DNA of 64,000 nt, taken from positions 10,106,001 to 10,170,000 of the forward strand of contig OZ176050.1 in NCBI GenBank assembly GCA_964247055.1. Direction: 5' to 3'. Below, piece by piece: positions 22,176-37,790 of the stretch. The position numbers were made by a program, and so were the translations under genes. How positions within the stretch are numbered: position 1 is the stretch's first letter; each line of letters starts with the position of its first letter. The notes beneath the pieces were generated by a model that saw nothing but the letters and a program-made list of their open reading frames with translations, was not told the DNA's origin and made no database searches. Origin of the DNA: Paragordius varius. Its lineage: Eukaryota; Animalia; Nematomorpha.

Positions 22176-25034
22176 CTATATACATATGTAACATAAAAAA
22201 ATATATCATCGGTAATAATGTGATTGAATATGCAATTGACGGGATAATAAAAGTGTTTGGAGTGGGGCAGTTAAAAAAACAAAAAAACCATCCACACATA
22301 TATTGTATACCATGGCAACATAAAAGTCATAAAATTAATTTGTTATTGCAATAATTACGATTATGATCATGATATGGCTATTAAGAGACGGACGCTGAAG
22401 TTTAAAATCCTTTTTGATTTTATACAGCGTGTGCAACAAAGGAAACAGCTAAAACCTATAAAATACAATTATTGTGCGTGAAGCTATAAATTTCTAATAA
22501 TTAATAGATCTGCTAAACTATTAAACAAAACCATAAATATCGTCAATAAATAAAATTATTACAAACTCATGGTAACTGAAATTACTTATAAAAATTTTCT
22601 CCCATACAAACTTTTTAATCATTAAACTACTATATTTTTTGTCTTTTTGCATAAGTTAAAGCACGGAGACAAAAGCTTTTTTAATCAATGCAATCTAAGA
22701 TGTCAATATATGATTAATTATGGGTAGCACAATAATTATGTAGATTTAGATCACAAAAACTATGCCCCATAACCCTGCTTATCGTTTTTGCTTTAAAATC
22801 AATTTCCATATTAAGAATCTGTATTATCGTTTTTGATAACAAAAATTATTGAGAATTGATCAATAAAAACCTAATTGGCTGGCAGTTTTATAAATCTTAA
22901 ATCATAATTGAACCAAAAACGGGAAATAACTTAAATACAGTTAATCTCTATCAAATTTTATACATTCACATGCGCATGGCTTTCAAATAAATTATAGGTA
23001 TCAGAGTAAATAAATTTTATAATATTTCAAATCTGATGCAAGAGACACTACAAGATGGGAAGTGGTGGCAAAGTGTCATTTTAAATTATTTCTAATATTA
23101 AAAGAAAAACAATTAAGTATTTATATATTTTTTGACTTTTTATGCTTCATTTAATCAAAGAATCATCCTCATCATCATAATATCCAAATTTGATTTAAGA
23201 TGACATACTAAAAGGAATGGGAAAGAAATTTTTAAGCATTTTATCCATTACAGTTTGACCACACTCTATAATATTATTGTGAAAGAAAAGAGCAAGCTAA
23301 TGCGATGATGATAATAAAAGCTATTATTTAATTGCTTCCTTTTATCTTCTTTCATTAATTGAATACGGACGATTTAAGGAATATAGTAAAAACGATGGTT
23401 TGATTATCGTTGTAATTAGCCACAGCTATGATATGGTGACAATTTTTTGGTTAAAAGTGATACTATATTCCACCACATTTCCCCTTCAACTTTTTTAACT
23501 TATTCCATTACTGATATATAATTTACAAGGAAATAGCAAGTCATAGACTGAAAGGCTCAATAAATAATGTGTGCTATAATATTTTTGGAGGGGTTCATAG
23601 AGAACAAAGGATACTTATCTATTATTATCGTCTTTCAACTAATTGATATTATTTCATTTTAATATTGTTTATATAAAATATCAACCAACCATATAACATC
23701 TTAAATATCTTTGAATGAAAAGTATATATACGAATACCACAGATAAGATTTACAATGTTTTTCATTAATGATAATAACATACACACACATTACTAAATAT
23801 AATTGGAAGGATGATCTGTCGTCATTTTTTTCTTGAAACAAAAAAGGGAATGTCTAATACAATACAATACAATAAATAATCCCTAAATTTTCTAAACTGA
23901 GGTTAATGTATGTTTGTAGCACCATGAGATTTTTTTATTTCAATACTTAAAAAGATGGACGGACAATAGATATTTTGGCGACATAAAAGGCATAGATAAA
24001 TATCTATATAAGGATATATATTATTTTGAAAGCTCAAATTCCAAAATTCAAAACTATTTTCCCCTCTGTTGCAGATTTTAAAAAGATAAATAAAATGATC
24101 GGATCGGTATGATGCCAAAATTTCATTTATTTAGTTTGAAACAGTGTGCCATCAATCTAACTTACATACACCAAAAATATTTTTTTCATACAGATGAAGA
24201 TAATCACAGCCATAAAATCTAATCAATAAATGTTAATCCATTTATCGATAATTCAATTATCAAATTAGCTTGTGTGCTTGGTAGAAAAAAATGTGAAAAG
24301 CGTACGGATAGATATAAAAACTAAAAAAACATTCTTAGATTTAAATTGCTTTTTTAGAAACAACTACAAAATCGCAAATCAATCGTAAAAGATTTAACTC
24401 CAAACAACAACGAGCTTAAAATTTTTTTGAAATCAAATTTTTATAGTTTAATCCTTACATCATAGTTTATGTGCGAATATAAATTGAAATATGGGATATT
24501 ACAATTTTTTTAGTAATACCCGCATTTTGTCAAAATTTCCCCCCAAAACTCGTATGTTTCGGGAAAAGAATGAGAAAATCGATCAATGCTTTGTTCAAAC
24601 CTAGTCTTAAAAATAGTCATTATGAAAATAAAGGTAATAAAAATTAAAATCTTTTTATTCTAATGCACACATATAAATTAAAAAATCTAAATTTTTAGGA
24701 GGTAGTACCATTCATCTTAATTAATTTTTATTTTATAAAATGATAATTTGAGTGAATATCTATCTGCATTCGTTTTCCATCACAAAATGTGAAATCAAAT
24801 ATAACCATATACATAGCTAAAATTAACGCAATATAGGTTTAGCAGTTCCAGTCAATAAAAAAGGTCAGAAAGTGAGATCATAAATATTATATTATAACTC
24901 TTTAACTGTGTTGTTTATGAGCTGTAACAGAAAAAAACTATATAAAAATATATTTTTTTCTCCCGGTTGACAGTTTGAGGATCCAATTAAGCCAGCACAA
25001 TAATATTAATTTTTATTGTTTTTATATTTGTGGA

Positions 25035-25038
<4 letters not shown>

Positions 25039-25084
<46 letters not shown>
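25039..25084. repeat. Compound (TA)n-(GATA)n microsatellite
   Basis: Direct reading. Confidence 0.95.
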
Positions 25085-25085
<1 letters not shown>

Positions 25086-25421
25086 TAAAGACAAATTAAC
25101 TGAAATATCTCTCTTTAAATGATCTTAATTCATCACACACACCACACACACATCACAATTAATTTGAAAGGATGGTGCCTGCAGGAAAAATCATAAAATA
25201 TTTAATTTTTTAACGCAAACCAATTATTCCCAATTAAAATTAATTTTTATTATCACCAACCGACAGAGAAATATTTATAAATTTTATGATTATTTAAATT
25301 ATGTGGGATATAAAACTCTAATAAAAATTGAAGCGAGACGACATCATAAAGCCAAATATCAAACTAAATTTTTACAAATAACGCGCAATATAGCACAATA
25401 GCAAAAAAAACTAAAACAAAC

Positions 25422-25627
25422 CTCAGTTAAAGTTTGAATGTTGGATTCGCTTTCTTTCAATTTAAGTTCCAACTTTCGGCATAGTTCTTCAAAATATTTG
25501 GCTTGAACCAACTCATGATTGGTGTTTGTGAGCGTTTCACGTAATTGTTGATTTTCAATTTCAAGGTCTTGCGCCCTCTGATTAAATTTTTGTGCCTTCT
25601 CAGCCTGATCAATCAAGGTACCAGGAT
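25422..25627 (-). CDS. CUX1: CUX1/CASP shared exon 4
   Basis: gttttag|AT acceptor. Encodes DPGTLIDQAEKAQKFNQRAQDLEIENQQLRETL...ESNIQTLTE. Donor gtttgt at 25421. Confidence 0.9.
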
Positions 25628-26913
25628 CTAAAACAAATTATTTAGCAGCCTTAAAAAAAAGTTATTTATCGCTAAAATTAGTTGTTTAAAACTTGTTCAG
25701 GCAAGGGTGAAGAAAATCAAAAATTATATTTTTTTTCTTAAACATATAATGGCAGAATGAATTTTAGGTGAGCAATGGATTTAACACAAAATAATAATTC
25801 ATCTTCACATTGTTTGCAATAAAGGGTAAAATTGAGTTAAACATTTTGGTGCACGAGATATATATTTTTTAATATTAGGTAATAATCAATTATTTAAAAC
25901 CATTTAATAAATATCCTGCACTACAATCTTGGAGTTTATTTGTTCGTATTTTTATGCAAGGTTGTGCGAAACAAAATAATAGGTGGCCCATTACTAAATA
26001 TGGTAATTCCCAATCAATCCGATTTAATTGTTAATCTTTTTAAAGTGGTGTTTGTGTATGTTTTTTACAATTTTTATTTTTACAACACAAAAATTTAATT
26101 TAACAAACACTAGTATAATTTTCCATTAGAGTTGAAAAATATTCTTTCAGGAAGGATACTATAACGATTTATTGTAAAGGGAAAATAAATTTTAATTAAT
26201 ATCCAAATTCCTTACTATTTATTATAAAGAAAATCACCGTCAATTATAGCTTTAAATCTTCCAGCCAGGCGCACTAATATTATTTAGAGATTAAAAATTA
26301 TATTTATAAATGTTATTTTTTTCAATTATATAATTATAGTTTGTTTTAAAGGATATATTTTTGATATTGGTCATTAGACAGATCAAAAGAAAGTTATATA
26401 TATATCGTTCTAATTCCCTGTGCACACATGATATATTTTTTATATCGGTCTTTCTTCGGTCGCTAATAATCATTTTTATTCTTATAATTTTTTTTTCTTC
26501 TTATGAATGAAATAAACCAAAGTAAAAAAAATGACAAATCTAATTGAATTTTTTGATTTATTAAATATTTTTTGTTAATTAAAAATGATGCTTTGGCACT
26601 ATTAAACCGTTACCCCCGAAACAACTTAACCAAATTTGTGCCAGACATATAATTATACTTGATAAAGATAGGCATTCATCTGTGTAAAACTCCAACTTTC
26701 AATATTAATTAATATTCAAAGAATACATAGGAAAGTAGGTAAATGTTGAGTACAAAAACTTGAAAACTGCAATAAATATGCATATTTCTGCATATTGTAC
26801 ACTCATACACACCACAAGACTAGAGAAAGTTATATATATTTATAAATATAATTAGGATAGTATGTACATGTAAATAAAAAGTATCGTTTAAAATCAAAAT
26901 CTAATTCACAGAC

Positions 26914-27040
26914 CTGCAAAATCAATAATTTGTTTGTAGACTGAAAGGAAGGCTGCTTCGGCCGCTTTGCTACGTTTTGATAGGGAATCTATTTCTTGTT
27001 GAAAGTTCTTAAACAAGGGCGCTACACATTTCCGAATATC
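26914..27040 (-). CDS. CUX1: CUX1/CASP shared exon 3 (127 nt; not in the ORF track)
   Basis: Encodes [42 protein letters not shown] (human [42 protein letters not shown]). AAG acceptor; phase-1 donor gtctgt at 26913. Confidence 0.93.
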
Positions 27041-28379
27041 CTTCACAACATGATACAAACAAATAAACACAATTTTATAATATGAAAATAAATGTCATTT
27101 TTTGTTGAAAGATGGTTAAGAGTCATTTTGTAGTATTTTAATACTATATGGCTCTTCCCGAATTAATTATATGGAGAACACCCAACGACTTTTTGCGGTC
27201 ACTAAAAAAAAAATTTAAGATTTTGTGTGGTAAAATTTGATTCAAAAAAACTGGGTAAATAATTAAATTGATTGCGACAAACAAATTTGGATGTTAAAAA
27301 ATCGAGAAAATAAATGATATAGAATAATAATGTTTGGACACCAACATAAAATATGTGGATTTTAAGAATATTTATCCAATATAAATTTGTTAGCCAAAAT
27401 AAGGGGTTAATAGAATCATTAGTTTTTATCAAAACTAAATGTTTCAATACAATACAATATAATATAAATTAGAAATGAATATGATATTCTATAAATATAT
27501 AACTGATAAGAGCAAACAATAATTAATAACAGTGAAATATCATAAATAATATATATAGTAGCCGTTTACACTTAAAAACTAACTTATTTAAATTAATTTG
27601 CAAAATATTAAGTATGGGGATAATTTTTGATATAAAGATATCTAGTTGATTTAAAATTTTGATAATATGCAAAAACATCAGATAGCACGAGTTGAAATAT
27701 ATGTTATTAAATTGAATATAAATTTTTGAAACAAACTCTGACAAATTTATATAATAACCATAACAGATACAATAAACAAATTAATAAAAATTCCCTTATA
27801 AACCATTCACAATATATCCATCTATCTATCTATCTTCTTTTGGCCAACGTAATATGCATAAGGCCTAAAAATAATAGATTTTATCCATACACATTCAAAT
27901 TAAATTTTATTTTATATTTTTTTAAAATTTAATATTTCCTGATTTATTAATTCAACTTTCATGCGATAATCAAACGCATTTATATTATAAAAATTAAACT
28001 GTAGTTTTAAATCTCTTTAGGCCAGAATTTGTATATGGTGGTCAATTTTTCTCAATTTTATAGTATTATATGTATCAGATATTTAAACAATTCGAGCGGC
28101 ACTAAAATTCAAATTATGCCATCAAATGATGAACTTTACAATAAAGCTAAATTAGTTTTATAGAAGCTGGAAGCCTTGTAGTAAGGTGAAAATGTGGAGT
28201 AGCCACCATAATTTGGTTAAATAATGAGACAAATATTTTCGTGAGCTCAATTTAATAAGGTGATGTTATGCTACATTCGTCATTTACTTTAATTATACAG
28301 AATTCGGCAAGTGTTAGAAAATCATAATGGATATTAAACCATTTACATTTATTTTTAAACATATCATGTCATCAGTAAA

Positions 28380-29050
28380 AAGGAATCACCCCCTCAATTT
28401 CGATTTTCAAATTGTCAGTTATAAGCGCAACTCTGCTCTTAATTCCCATCGTTTTGAGGCTTTCACTTATGTGTCATTAAAACATGTCGCCACCTTCATC
28501 TCTGACCCTACACTTGAATATCAATTTATCCTATCCTATCTGTATCCCAGAATTCGACAGTTTGTTATACTTTTTTCACTTCATCCTTCTTGATATGAGG
28601 ACTCAATAACGAGTGTCTGATGTATTTTTTTCTTCCATGTTTTGCGGTTGTAGGCGTCTTTAACATCAATTTTTCGTTCCTCAAGATCTTCTGTGATTGC
28701 TTTGTGCCATGTTAAGGGACACTACCTCTTTTATATATAATTCATAATGTTGACAAACATCATCTATTCGCTCAATGTTTCCTAACCAGCTTAGTTTTCT
28801 GGTTTGGATTATATGATCAATTTGATCTATTTGAATTGCGTGGGCGTCAAAGTTATTATTGAAATAAGATTTTTCACTATTCTATTTTTATATCTGCTTT
28901 TAACAATACTTCTAATAAATTTATTTTTTCCTGGAATATTTTTTACTCATCAACCTATCCATTCTCATATTTGCTACATTAAAAAAAGGCAAATCAATGC
29001 AACTTATACATCCTGGTTGGCTGAATCAACATAACTCTATGTCTATGCTT
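28380..29050 (-). mobile_element. Two adjacent RTE-like LINE 3' remnants
   Basis: RKLSWLGNIERID (28800-28762) and KR*CPLTWHKAITEDLEERKIDVKDAYNRKTWKKK (28730-28625); a second piece reads CRILGYR*DRIN (28559-28524). Confidence 0.7.
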
Positions 29051-32000
29051 CTGTCACTCAACATTTTTGTCGCATTTATTTTCCGATTAAACCAAATTTT
29101 TATAAATCTTACTTTTAATAATCTGTTATATACAAAACTTAAATTCATGTCATTTTTGAAATTTTTAATTGTACGTACAATCTAATTACTTAATCAGTAA
29201 ATAGTTGTTTTTTAGGTCGATTTCGGACAAAATTTATTAAAAAAATGCAACATTTACACAGTTAATTAGACAATTAAAAAAATAATTTCATTTTATCACT
29301 AGCAATTATATAACGATAATATTTACAATAATAATTAGGTGAAATGGTAAAATAGCGTATGGTTAGAAAAGTAGGACAACAAACATCCATTATAAGCGCA
29401 TAAATAATAAATATAGCCTTTTCAAGATATCTCAAAATTTTTGAAACTATAAATTCGTTTAAGATATTTTTATCAAATAAATTTGATGTAATTTTAATAC
29501 TGATAATTTTTTGGTGAGGCAAAGTGTCTTATTTTGTAAAAAAATTTAAGAAAGATATTTTTATTTTAATAAATATTTAAATGATATATACAAATATAAT
29601 ACTCCATAATTTTTTGGTTGAATAAATTTTATAAATTAAAAAAGTAGGCCATCAGCTTTAATAATGATAACAAAAATGTGGAAATCATTCATACTACCTC
29701 AATGATTTTTAAATATCAATCCTTATAAAAATTTATTTTTAAATTTAGATTTTCCTTGTAGATTTGGGTCAAAATTTAGATTATTTGTTTTTACTGTTTT
29801 AAAAGGTTGACTCTATGTTTTTCACGACGTTCAAAGTATTTAAAAAATATTATTATTGCTTGCTAATATAAAATATTATTAGAAAGCAGGACATAATAAA
29901 TAGTCATTTTAAAGTAGACCAAGGACTTAAATTTTGTTATCTATCATTCAAAGAAAAAGTTTTTAAATGACCGTTTTAATCCTTAATATTTTAATACTTT
30001 ATAATGAAATATATAATATTTTAAATTTAGCATATTTAATTTAAAAAAATTAATATTCAATATTTTATTTTGTAAAAGTTAAACTTATATTTTTGTATAC
30101 CTTTTAATCGACACACATTTAAGTCGGGTTTGTAAATACATTAATGACCGCGACTGGTATCGATCTTAAAATAACCAGTCAAAAACTTTTAAAAATTATT
30201 TATATACCATAATTAAAATTAAAAGTTTTAAAATTTATCAAATTTTTACTAATTGTAATGATATATTTACAATATTAGGAAAACCAATTTAAATGGTAAA
30301 TTTACATAAATTGCAATGATATATTTATATTATTAACAAATCAATTTAAATGGTTAATCTAGTGTTTGGACATTTGTGTAATGATGATATATATAACCAT
30401 ATAACTGTATTAGTAGTTAAACCGGTAATTATTTTTAGATATAGAAAAACCAACCCGAATTATGAGTATATGTCTAATTTTTTTAATTTAAGATAGGTGA
30501 ATTTTATAAAAATATTGCAATTTGTAAATAAATTGAAAATTAAAGATAATTTTAACTGCTGAATAAGATAAAGTTTGATTGAATCTTAAAATTCTTTTGT
30601 TACAATTTCTACGACCATGCTTAAAAGAAATGTTTAGTTTAATAGGTTAAATATGGAGTTTATTGCATTGTAAATCACACAAATTAATAGAAGAGTCAAC
30701 AAAGTTGGATATGAAAATATAAACAGCCACAACCGCATTATTCAGATTTGAAATATTCAGATAAAATAATTTAAAAGAGTTAATTGTATGTACTGTAAAT
30801 AATTATGTTTAGCAGATTGGATTACTATTTGAGTGAATAAACTGTCTTTTAAAATCTAGAAAAATTATTTTAAACATAAAGAAATTTGGCCAATTTATTA
30901 ATTAAAAATTTAATTTAAGTAAGCAAGTAGAAATAATTATTAATAATAATTAATGTTATTGATAAAAATATGTTGAAAAAAAATGTAATCCCATAAAGAA
31001 AATCAAAAGAAAACTTACTATAAAATACACCAAACTTATGTTAGTATCTTCCGTAATCCCTCAAAAAAATTGTTCAAAAATATTTTTTTAATTTTATTAA
31101 AATTTAGACTAATTAAAATTTACAACTGAACAAGAACTTTGAAATTCTTGTGTCAAAATCTTAATTAGCCATTCGCGTAATGGCAAAGAATGTTTTGAAA
31201 GATTGAAAATATTCGCTAATACTTATTAAAGGTTACCTAAGGATATTTTTTATCAAATTTTACTTAACTGAGTTGGTTAATCTAATATATATTTAATTCA
31301 AATAAAAAAATCTTTTTTTTGAAGTTGCATACTCTAATGTGATTTATAAGTTATACGTATTTATTTTATTGGACTATAAATATATTCTGTAACTTTTTAA
31401 TTGTATTAATATTTTTGAAAAAATAAAAATTCTCATCTCAAACACTTTTCCGCGAAATATTATTTGCAATGTTGACCATAAATAGCAAATATATTTGAAT
31501 ATTAAAATGCTTAGTTAACTTAAATAATTATATATTATGATTCTCAATTTATTAAAAAATGTAAGGTTTATTTCATCATTTAAAGAATTTTAATTTTTAA
31601 ATGTATAATTATATAAAAGTAATATAGAGAAATTTTAAATATATAATTAAAATATCAAATATTTTTAGAAGCCGCTATATATTTACCTTTTTTACGATTC
31701 TTAAGTATGCAAAATTTTATTTATGTGTAATTAAGCGACAATTATGGTTGTCCCTTTTAATATTATAAGTTTTGATTGTGCTTGGCCTTTTCATATTTAT
31801 TAAGAAAATTCTACAAAATATAATAGATTTAAAAGTGAAAGAATACTTTTCCACCAAAAAATTCATTAGTCATAACTTAAAAAACCACCAATAATCAAAA
31901 CATCTCTCGTATTCTATAACTAAAATACAATATATTAGGCGCAGAAAAAGTCCGAGGTTAACCAAACCTTTTTTTCAATATTGTTAAGTAACAATGAAAG

Positions 32001-33374
32001 AGGCGAGAAGAAAAAATAATTCGTCCCATGAATATTAATTTAAATATATTACCATAATTAGTATATGCCAACATAGGATATATATTTATAATTAATATTT
32101 AGAATAGGCACAGAAGCGTAAACCAATTATTCAATATTGTGTTCAAAATATAATATTAATTACTTTTGAATATTGCATAAGCATTTTTTTTGTATCATAT
32201 AACAAAACATAGTGTTATTTTTCTGACAAACTTTTCGACATTAACATTTTTCCTTGGTGGTAAGGGGATGCAGATCAACTTGTGAATATTTTAATTAATT
32301 TCTTAGAATACGGTCCACCAACAAAGATACTTACTGTAAAACTTATTTTTAACAAAATTGTATTTAAATATTATTATTATTATTATTGAACTATTAAATA
32401 GGGTTGATTTGAGAAAAATAAAATAAAAATCTCTGTTATTGGAAATCATATTCACTCTACCCCTCCAACAAAAAAGCAAAACAGTCGATTTTATTAAAAA
32501 TATTATATTTTTATATATAGTATAATATTTTAAATTGGAAATATTAAATATTGTGTAGCTTGCTATATTTCGAATAATCTGATAAGGACAGTTTAGGGTA
32601 GTTTTATACCCCAAAGCCATTTTAAATAAAAATATCTTAAAAAATATTTATAATATAAGCCAAATTTAAAATTATGTTATCTTTTTTTAGGCATACAATT
32701 TTTTTAAAAATGTAAAATTTTAAAAACTCGTATAAATTTTTTCATCGCCATTATTTGCTTTAATTTTTAATTGTGAATACAACATGCAAAACACTGCATA
32801 TTTTGGTTGAAAAAATACAATTAATTGACTTTGGAAAGCTTTCAAATTGCAATTTACCAGCAAATGTTTGATATTTATTTATTTTTATATCAGCTGTTCG
32901 TTCAGTGGAGCTATCTGAATTTGAGATGTAGGAATTTGAAACTTTAAGAATTCTATGTTTTTTATCAAATACAAAAGAAGAGGATAATAAAATTTTCAAA
33001 ACAACTTGTAAAACAGTAGTTTGTTCATTAGTTTAAGCTCTGGGGTCAAAAACTCCTTCCGAGGACAAAAAATGAAAATGTAATGAAGTCTTTAAGTTAT
33101 TATTACCTCCGATATTTCGGTTTGGTATGCAGGGGAAAATTAAAAACTTTAATTTATTTTGGATAAATAAATGTAAATTTTACTTCATCTTTAGGTGCGA
33201 CTTATTTTGAACGTTTATAAACAGACTTCTTTGCTTATTTTTCAATAATAAAAATAGTTTCAATAATACATAACCCTATATTTTCCAAAACAACGTAGGT
33301 GCATTAAACCAATGTTTATTAAAAAACTTTTTATATATTGATTGCAATAATTAATCATTGAGAAAATAACGGGC

Positions 33375-33641
33375 ATATACCATTCAAAACTCAAATTCAC
33401 ACTTGAACAGTTAAATTCACCTCAAACAATTCAAAGTCACCCTAAAATAAATTAAGTTTTTTTTAAGATTAAAAATTACCTCTATTTTATAATATTATTA
33501 AATTATAAAATTCTGTTTAAAATTAGTATAATGCTGAAAAAAGAATTATGTCGTAAAAATATATTATCCCGAAAACACATAATTTATTTTTAGGGTAAAT
33601 TTGAATTGTTCAAGGGTGAATTTAAATTGTAAATGGTATAT
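33375..33641. mobile_element. MITE with long imperfect TIRs
   Basis: ATATACCATTCAAAACTCAAATTCACACTTGAACAG...CCCTAAAATAAATTA is mirrored by TAATTTATTTTTAGGG...TTCAAGGGTGAATTTAAATTGTAAATGGTATAT. The left arm has an extra ~20-nt subrepeat. Confidence 0.6.
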
Positions 33642-35177
33642 TTAGCGCCAGATACATAGTTCACCACCATATTTGTCATTTGCTCTTTGATATTATGAGT
33701 TTTGAGTAAGATAAACTTTCTAGTTTTATATGGCACAATCATTTTAATCTAACATGATTTCAAATTATTTAGATTGAAAAAAAAAATTTAAATCACATAT
33801 ATGTAGATCCAAATATATTAATATTCTGACACAACAAATACATAAATTATTAGATATATATATATATATATACAAAAAGTTAAGAATAAATTAAAATAAA
33901 TAAATATATTGAACATTTTGACACCCGTATCTCAATCTATCTATCTAGAATATGTTTCACACATTAAAATATTTTAGTAATTATATATGTTTTTTCAAAT
34001 CAAATGTATGTGACCATCAGTTTATGCAAATTAATATTTTTCACATACCAGATATTGATCAATCAAAAATTTCAGTAAAAAATTTCTAAATCTATATTCT
34101 GACTGAATATTTAGAAAAATGTGGAAATAGATTGGGGAGATAACACATACACAAAAAAAGATTAATTAAAATTAAAATTTTAATTTAAATGCACTGAATG
34201 CAATGCAGCAGGCGACAAAAATACTAAATCACAAAATTTATGGTTTTTACATATAATTTGTATAATTGTTTATTGAAAAAAAATTGTAATTAACGCGCAC
34301 GGATTATTGTAAAATTATGCCAACCACAATCAATAAGGAAGGACATGCAATCTAAATATTTCCATTTTTAGTTATCAAGGGACATTTAAAATTTAAATTA
34401 TTTTGCTTAAGCCACCGATATTTTTGGGTCTATAGATATTTAACATCCACATTATCATGAATTAACAACTTATATTTACGTTAATATCGTTACATCAAAA
34501 ATATATCAAGGGTGGTCGACTTCTTTTTAAAATATTACGTCGCTTAACATTAGTGAATAATTCAATAATTCTTAATTTATTTAATAAAAATAAATAATTG
34601 AAGAACTTAACCACTTAATTTCTCATCATAAAAATTAATAAAAGAAATAACCTTTTTATTCGCATAAATTATTTAGACATAAACAAAGTTAAGAAAAAAA
34701 TATAGATTAATATAAATATATTTGCATGTGTTTGCATATATTTGCATTCAAGACACGAATTTTAATCATCAGTTTTCCCCTATATATCAAAAAAACAAAA
34801 TTTAACAGAGGGGACATGATATATATACAGTAATGAATAATAACTAACTATAGATTGTTTCAAAAAAATGTCCACAAGAAAAGAGGTGTCTCACACCACT
34901 GATGAAAAGTGGTCAAAGTTTTAGCCTATAATTTTGATCCTTATCAAAATATACATATTCCAATTATTTTCTAATTTATATTTTTGTATATATGTATATG
35001 TCTACATCTTAATTTTAATATATTTGCTCCACACACCACTATTCATCACACAATGTCATCCATCCTTTCATTATTCAAAGTTTGGTTATATAGTATTTTG
35101 TTAGACACCACAAAATAAATTAATTATATGTGAATAAATTCACAAATTATATATAATCAGCAACAAAGTAAAAGTTT

Positions 35178-35183
<6 letters not shown>

Positions 35184-35212
<29 letters not shown>
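35184..35212. repeat. (TA)n microsatellite
   Basis: Direct reading. Confidence 0.95.
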
Positions 35213-35217
<5 letters not shown>

Positions 35218-35285
35218 TATTTTAGGAGATTATTCATTATAAACAAGTAACTGAGTTTTTTAAGAAAAAAATGTGTTTTATTAAC

Positions 35286-35396
35286 CTCATTATTGGTCCG
35301 TTTGAATTCACGACTTTGTTCGACGAGCTTTTGGCGAGAGTTATCACTTTCATCCTGGCGATTAGCGATATCCAATGCGACTTGATCAAGTTCTTT
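35286..35396 (-). CDS. CUX1: CUX1/CASP shared exon 2 (111 nt)
   Basis: ttag|AAA acceptor. Encodes KELDQVALDIANRQDESDNSRQKLVEQSREFKRTNNE (human [37 protein letters not shown]). Donor gttaat at 35285. Confidence 0.93.
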
Positions 35397-35604
35397 CTAA
35401 ACGAATGCATAAAACATGTATAAATAAAATTAAGGCCCATATATTCAATAGATTTGATAATATGGGAATTAGCTTTTTGTAAAACAATATTTTAGCTAAG
35501 GAAATTCATAAATTAATGAGTAAAAATATCATGAAACCGTTTCACACTCAGCTTTCAATAATCGGTCAACATTTATAATATCATTCGTGACTTGCCCTAA
35601 TATA

Positions 35605-35716
35605 CAGTAGCATATGGTATAAAATAAATTTGTCCATAATTAAATAAATAAAATTAATGTTTAAAGGTGAGAAAAAGTTGTCTAATTCCAATCCAAAATT
35701 TTACCATACGCTACTG
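35605..35716. mobile_element. Tc1/mariner-type MITE (TIR CAGTAGCRTATGGT)
   Basis: TA|CAGTAGCATATGGT ... ACCATACGCTACTG|TA: 13/14 TIR match with a TA TSD. Confidence 0.7.
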
Positions 35717-37399
35717 TAAATGTAACTCTCTGTAAACTGATCTACTAAATTTAGTCAGAATTTTTGCCTAATTTACAATTTCACATATTTGATAATCTTA
35801 GTGATTAAAAACGCACATTATAAAAGGGACCTTTTTAAAATTCAATGAGCAATTCACATATTAGGGTTATTAGAGTCCATCTAACACATATACACAATAT
35901 TTAATATCAATTAGTAATAAAGGAAACAGTATTGATCAATATAATATATAAATGCTTTAGCAAGATTTAATGATTAAAATATATGTTATAAATAAGAGCA
36001 GCAATAATATGCCAACTAATAAATAATAATAATTGGTGACCTATGTGTCAGAATAATGATTTTTTGTTTTTTAGATACTCAATAAACCCTGTGTGGATCT
36101 CGCAATATTCTTACGTCTTCGAATTTTAATTGATTAAACACGAGTAATTCAACTAACTTAGACCATTAATAAAAGTATTAAGAAACAGAGATGGTATTTC
36201 ATAGTTTTAAACTAAAGAAATAGGTCGATTTTAGAGAAAAATCGTATAAATTAAAAACGGGACTTTGATACAAAATATCCAGATTTAGAAGTAGACTTAT
36301 TTATTAATAATCTATTTTATTTATTATCTGTATAGATATAGTTCAATCACCTTAGCTTAAATATTAATTAGGAGTTTTATTTCTTTTTTTTCAGGTATGT
36401 ATGTATTGAATGTGCATTTATATACATACATCGTATAAATAGATATCGCTTGCTTCTCATATATCCAATATCCTGTGTTTTAATTTTTTTTGAAGAGACT
36501 AGTAATTTGTTTGATTTGCTAATCAGCTTAATAATAATAATAATTAAATTTTAGTTGTTTTTTAATAATATTGATGTACATTTAATTGGTCAAAATTATT
36601 AACAAAAAGGTTGAAATCGCGTGTTTAGAAACAAAGGAAAGCATAGCATAGCCATTGTAAAATTTAACACCCTTTAATCGATCACAAATACAGTTTTTGC
36701 CTTGCTTCCTACTACATCATATACTCAGGTAGCAAAAATCAATATAAAGAAGTTTAAAAGTATTATTTAATAAGCATTCGTGTTGAATTTAACTATAAAA
36801 ATTTAGCGAAATCAGATTTTGTGTTATATTACAATTAAACGATAAGGGAAACTTAAATGAAATTAAACAGATAAAAATATTTAATCACGAAATCAATTTA
36901 TAGGCTCTTTCATCACTCTCAATTATTCTCGTTACACACTGTGAAATAATTATAGATACAAATAAATTGTGAAAAAAATCTTTTATGAATCCACTTGTTT
37001 TAATGTTTAAGTGTCTCTCTATTCCCTTAAAGACATAAATCTATAATATATTCTAGAAAAACGGTATAAATGCATAGCTTTTTTCAGGTAAAAATAAATA
37101 TCATCTACGAATATGTTTTCACACGACGTCCAATCATTCATTGCGTGTCAATATATGATTATTTTCTTCCGCTTTTTTGTTAATAACAATAAATCGAAAT
37201 ATCATGTTGTAAGGTCAACTAAATTTAAACTGAGTGATGAATTAAAAATAGATACGTCCGAAAATTACAAAAAGGATATTTTTATTTGAAGAATAAAAGG
37301 TATTAAGGTATAATTATTAAGGCATTGGGCTAATAAACTATGGATGAGCGTGTAACAGAGTTATATCCCCAAAACTGAACAATAGTACCATCAGCTTTG

Positions 37400-37790
37400 G
37401 GCAAGGGAGATTGAAGCTTTCAGAACTTTCGGAATATTTAAGTCATTATTCTTATACAAAAAAGAAAATAAAGTTAAACGATTGGTACTCGAACCGCGGC
37501 ACTATAAATTTTTATAGCCCTGAATTTATTAAATTTTTTATTGAGTATAAAGATTGGCAAATGTGTCAAACAACTATGAAATTTTTATCGGTATATATAT
37601 GGGGCAGGACTCTTGAGACAAAATTGGATGATTATCACCGCTCTATACTGGATAATATTTTTATTACGAAATATCCTAACGATTTTATTAAATAGGGGGG
37701 CTCGTTTGAGAAAATCCAGGTAATGATATCACCCACATTAAGAATCCTAAACATAAAAAGTGATTCTCACATTTATAAATCACTGAAATA
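37400..37790 (+). mobile_element. Possible LINE apurinic endonuclease remnant
   Basis: ORF 37411..37695 contains LNDW, QMCQTT and SILDNIFITKYP, and is followed by SDSH. This resembles the end of CR1/L2-type APE domains (Q.V..PT...ILDL.F...SDH). Confidence 0.35.

Noticed and set aside
36075-37095. Plus-strand acceptor and donor motifs (36074, 36394, ~37087) suggesting an antisense spliced transcript
   Set aside because: There is no ORF or other support. Such T-rich AG|GT motifs are expected by chance in AT-rich DNA and serve mainly as a background control.
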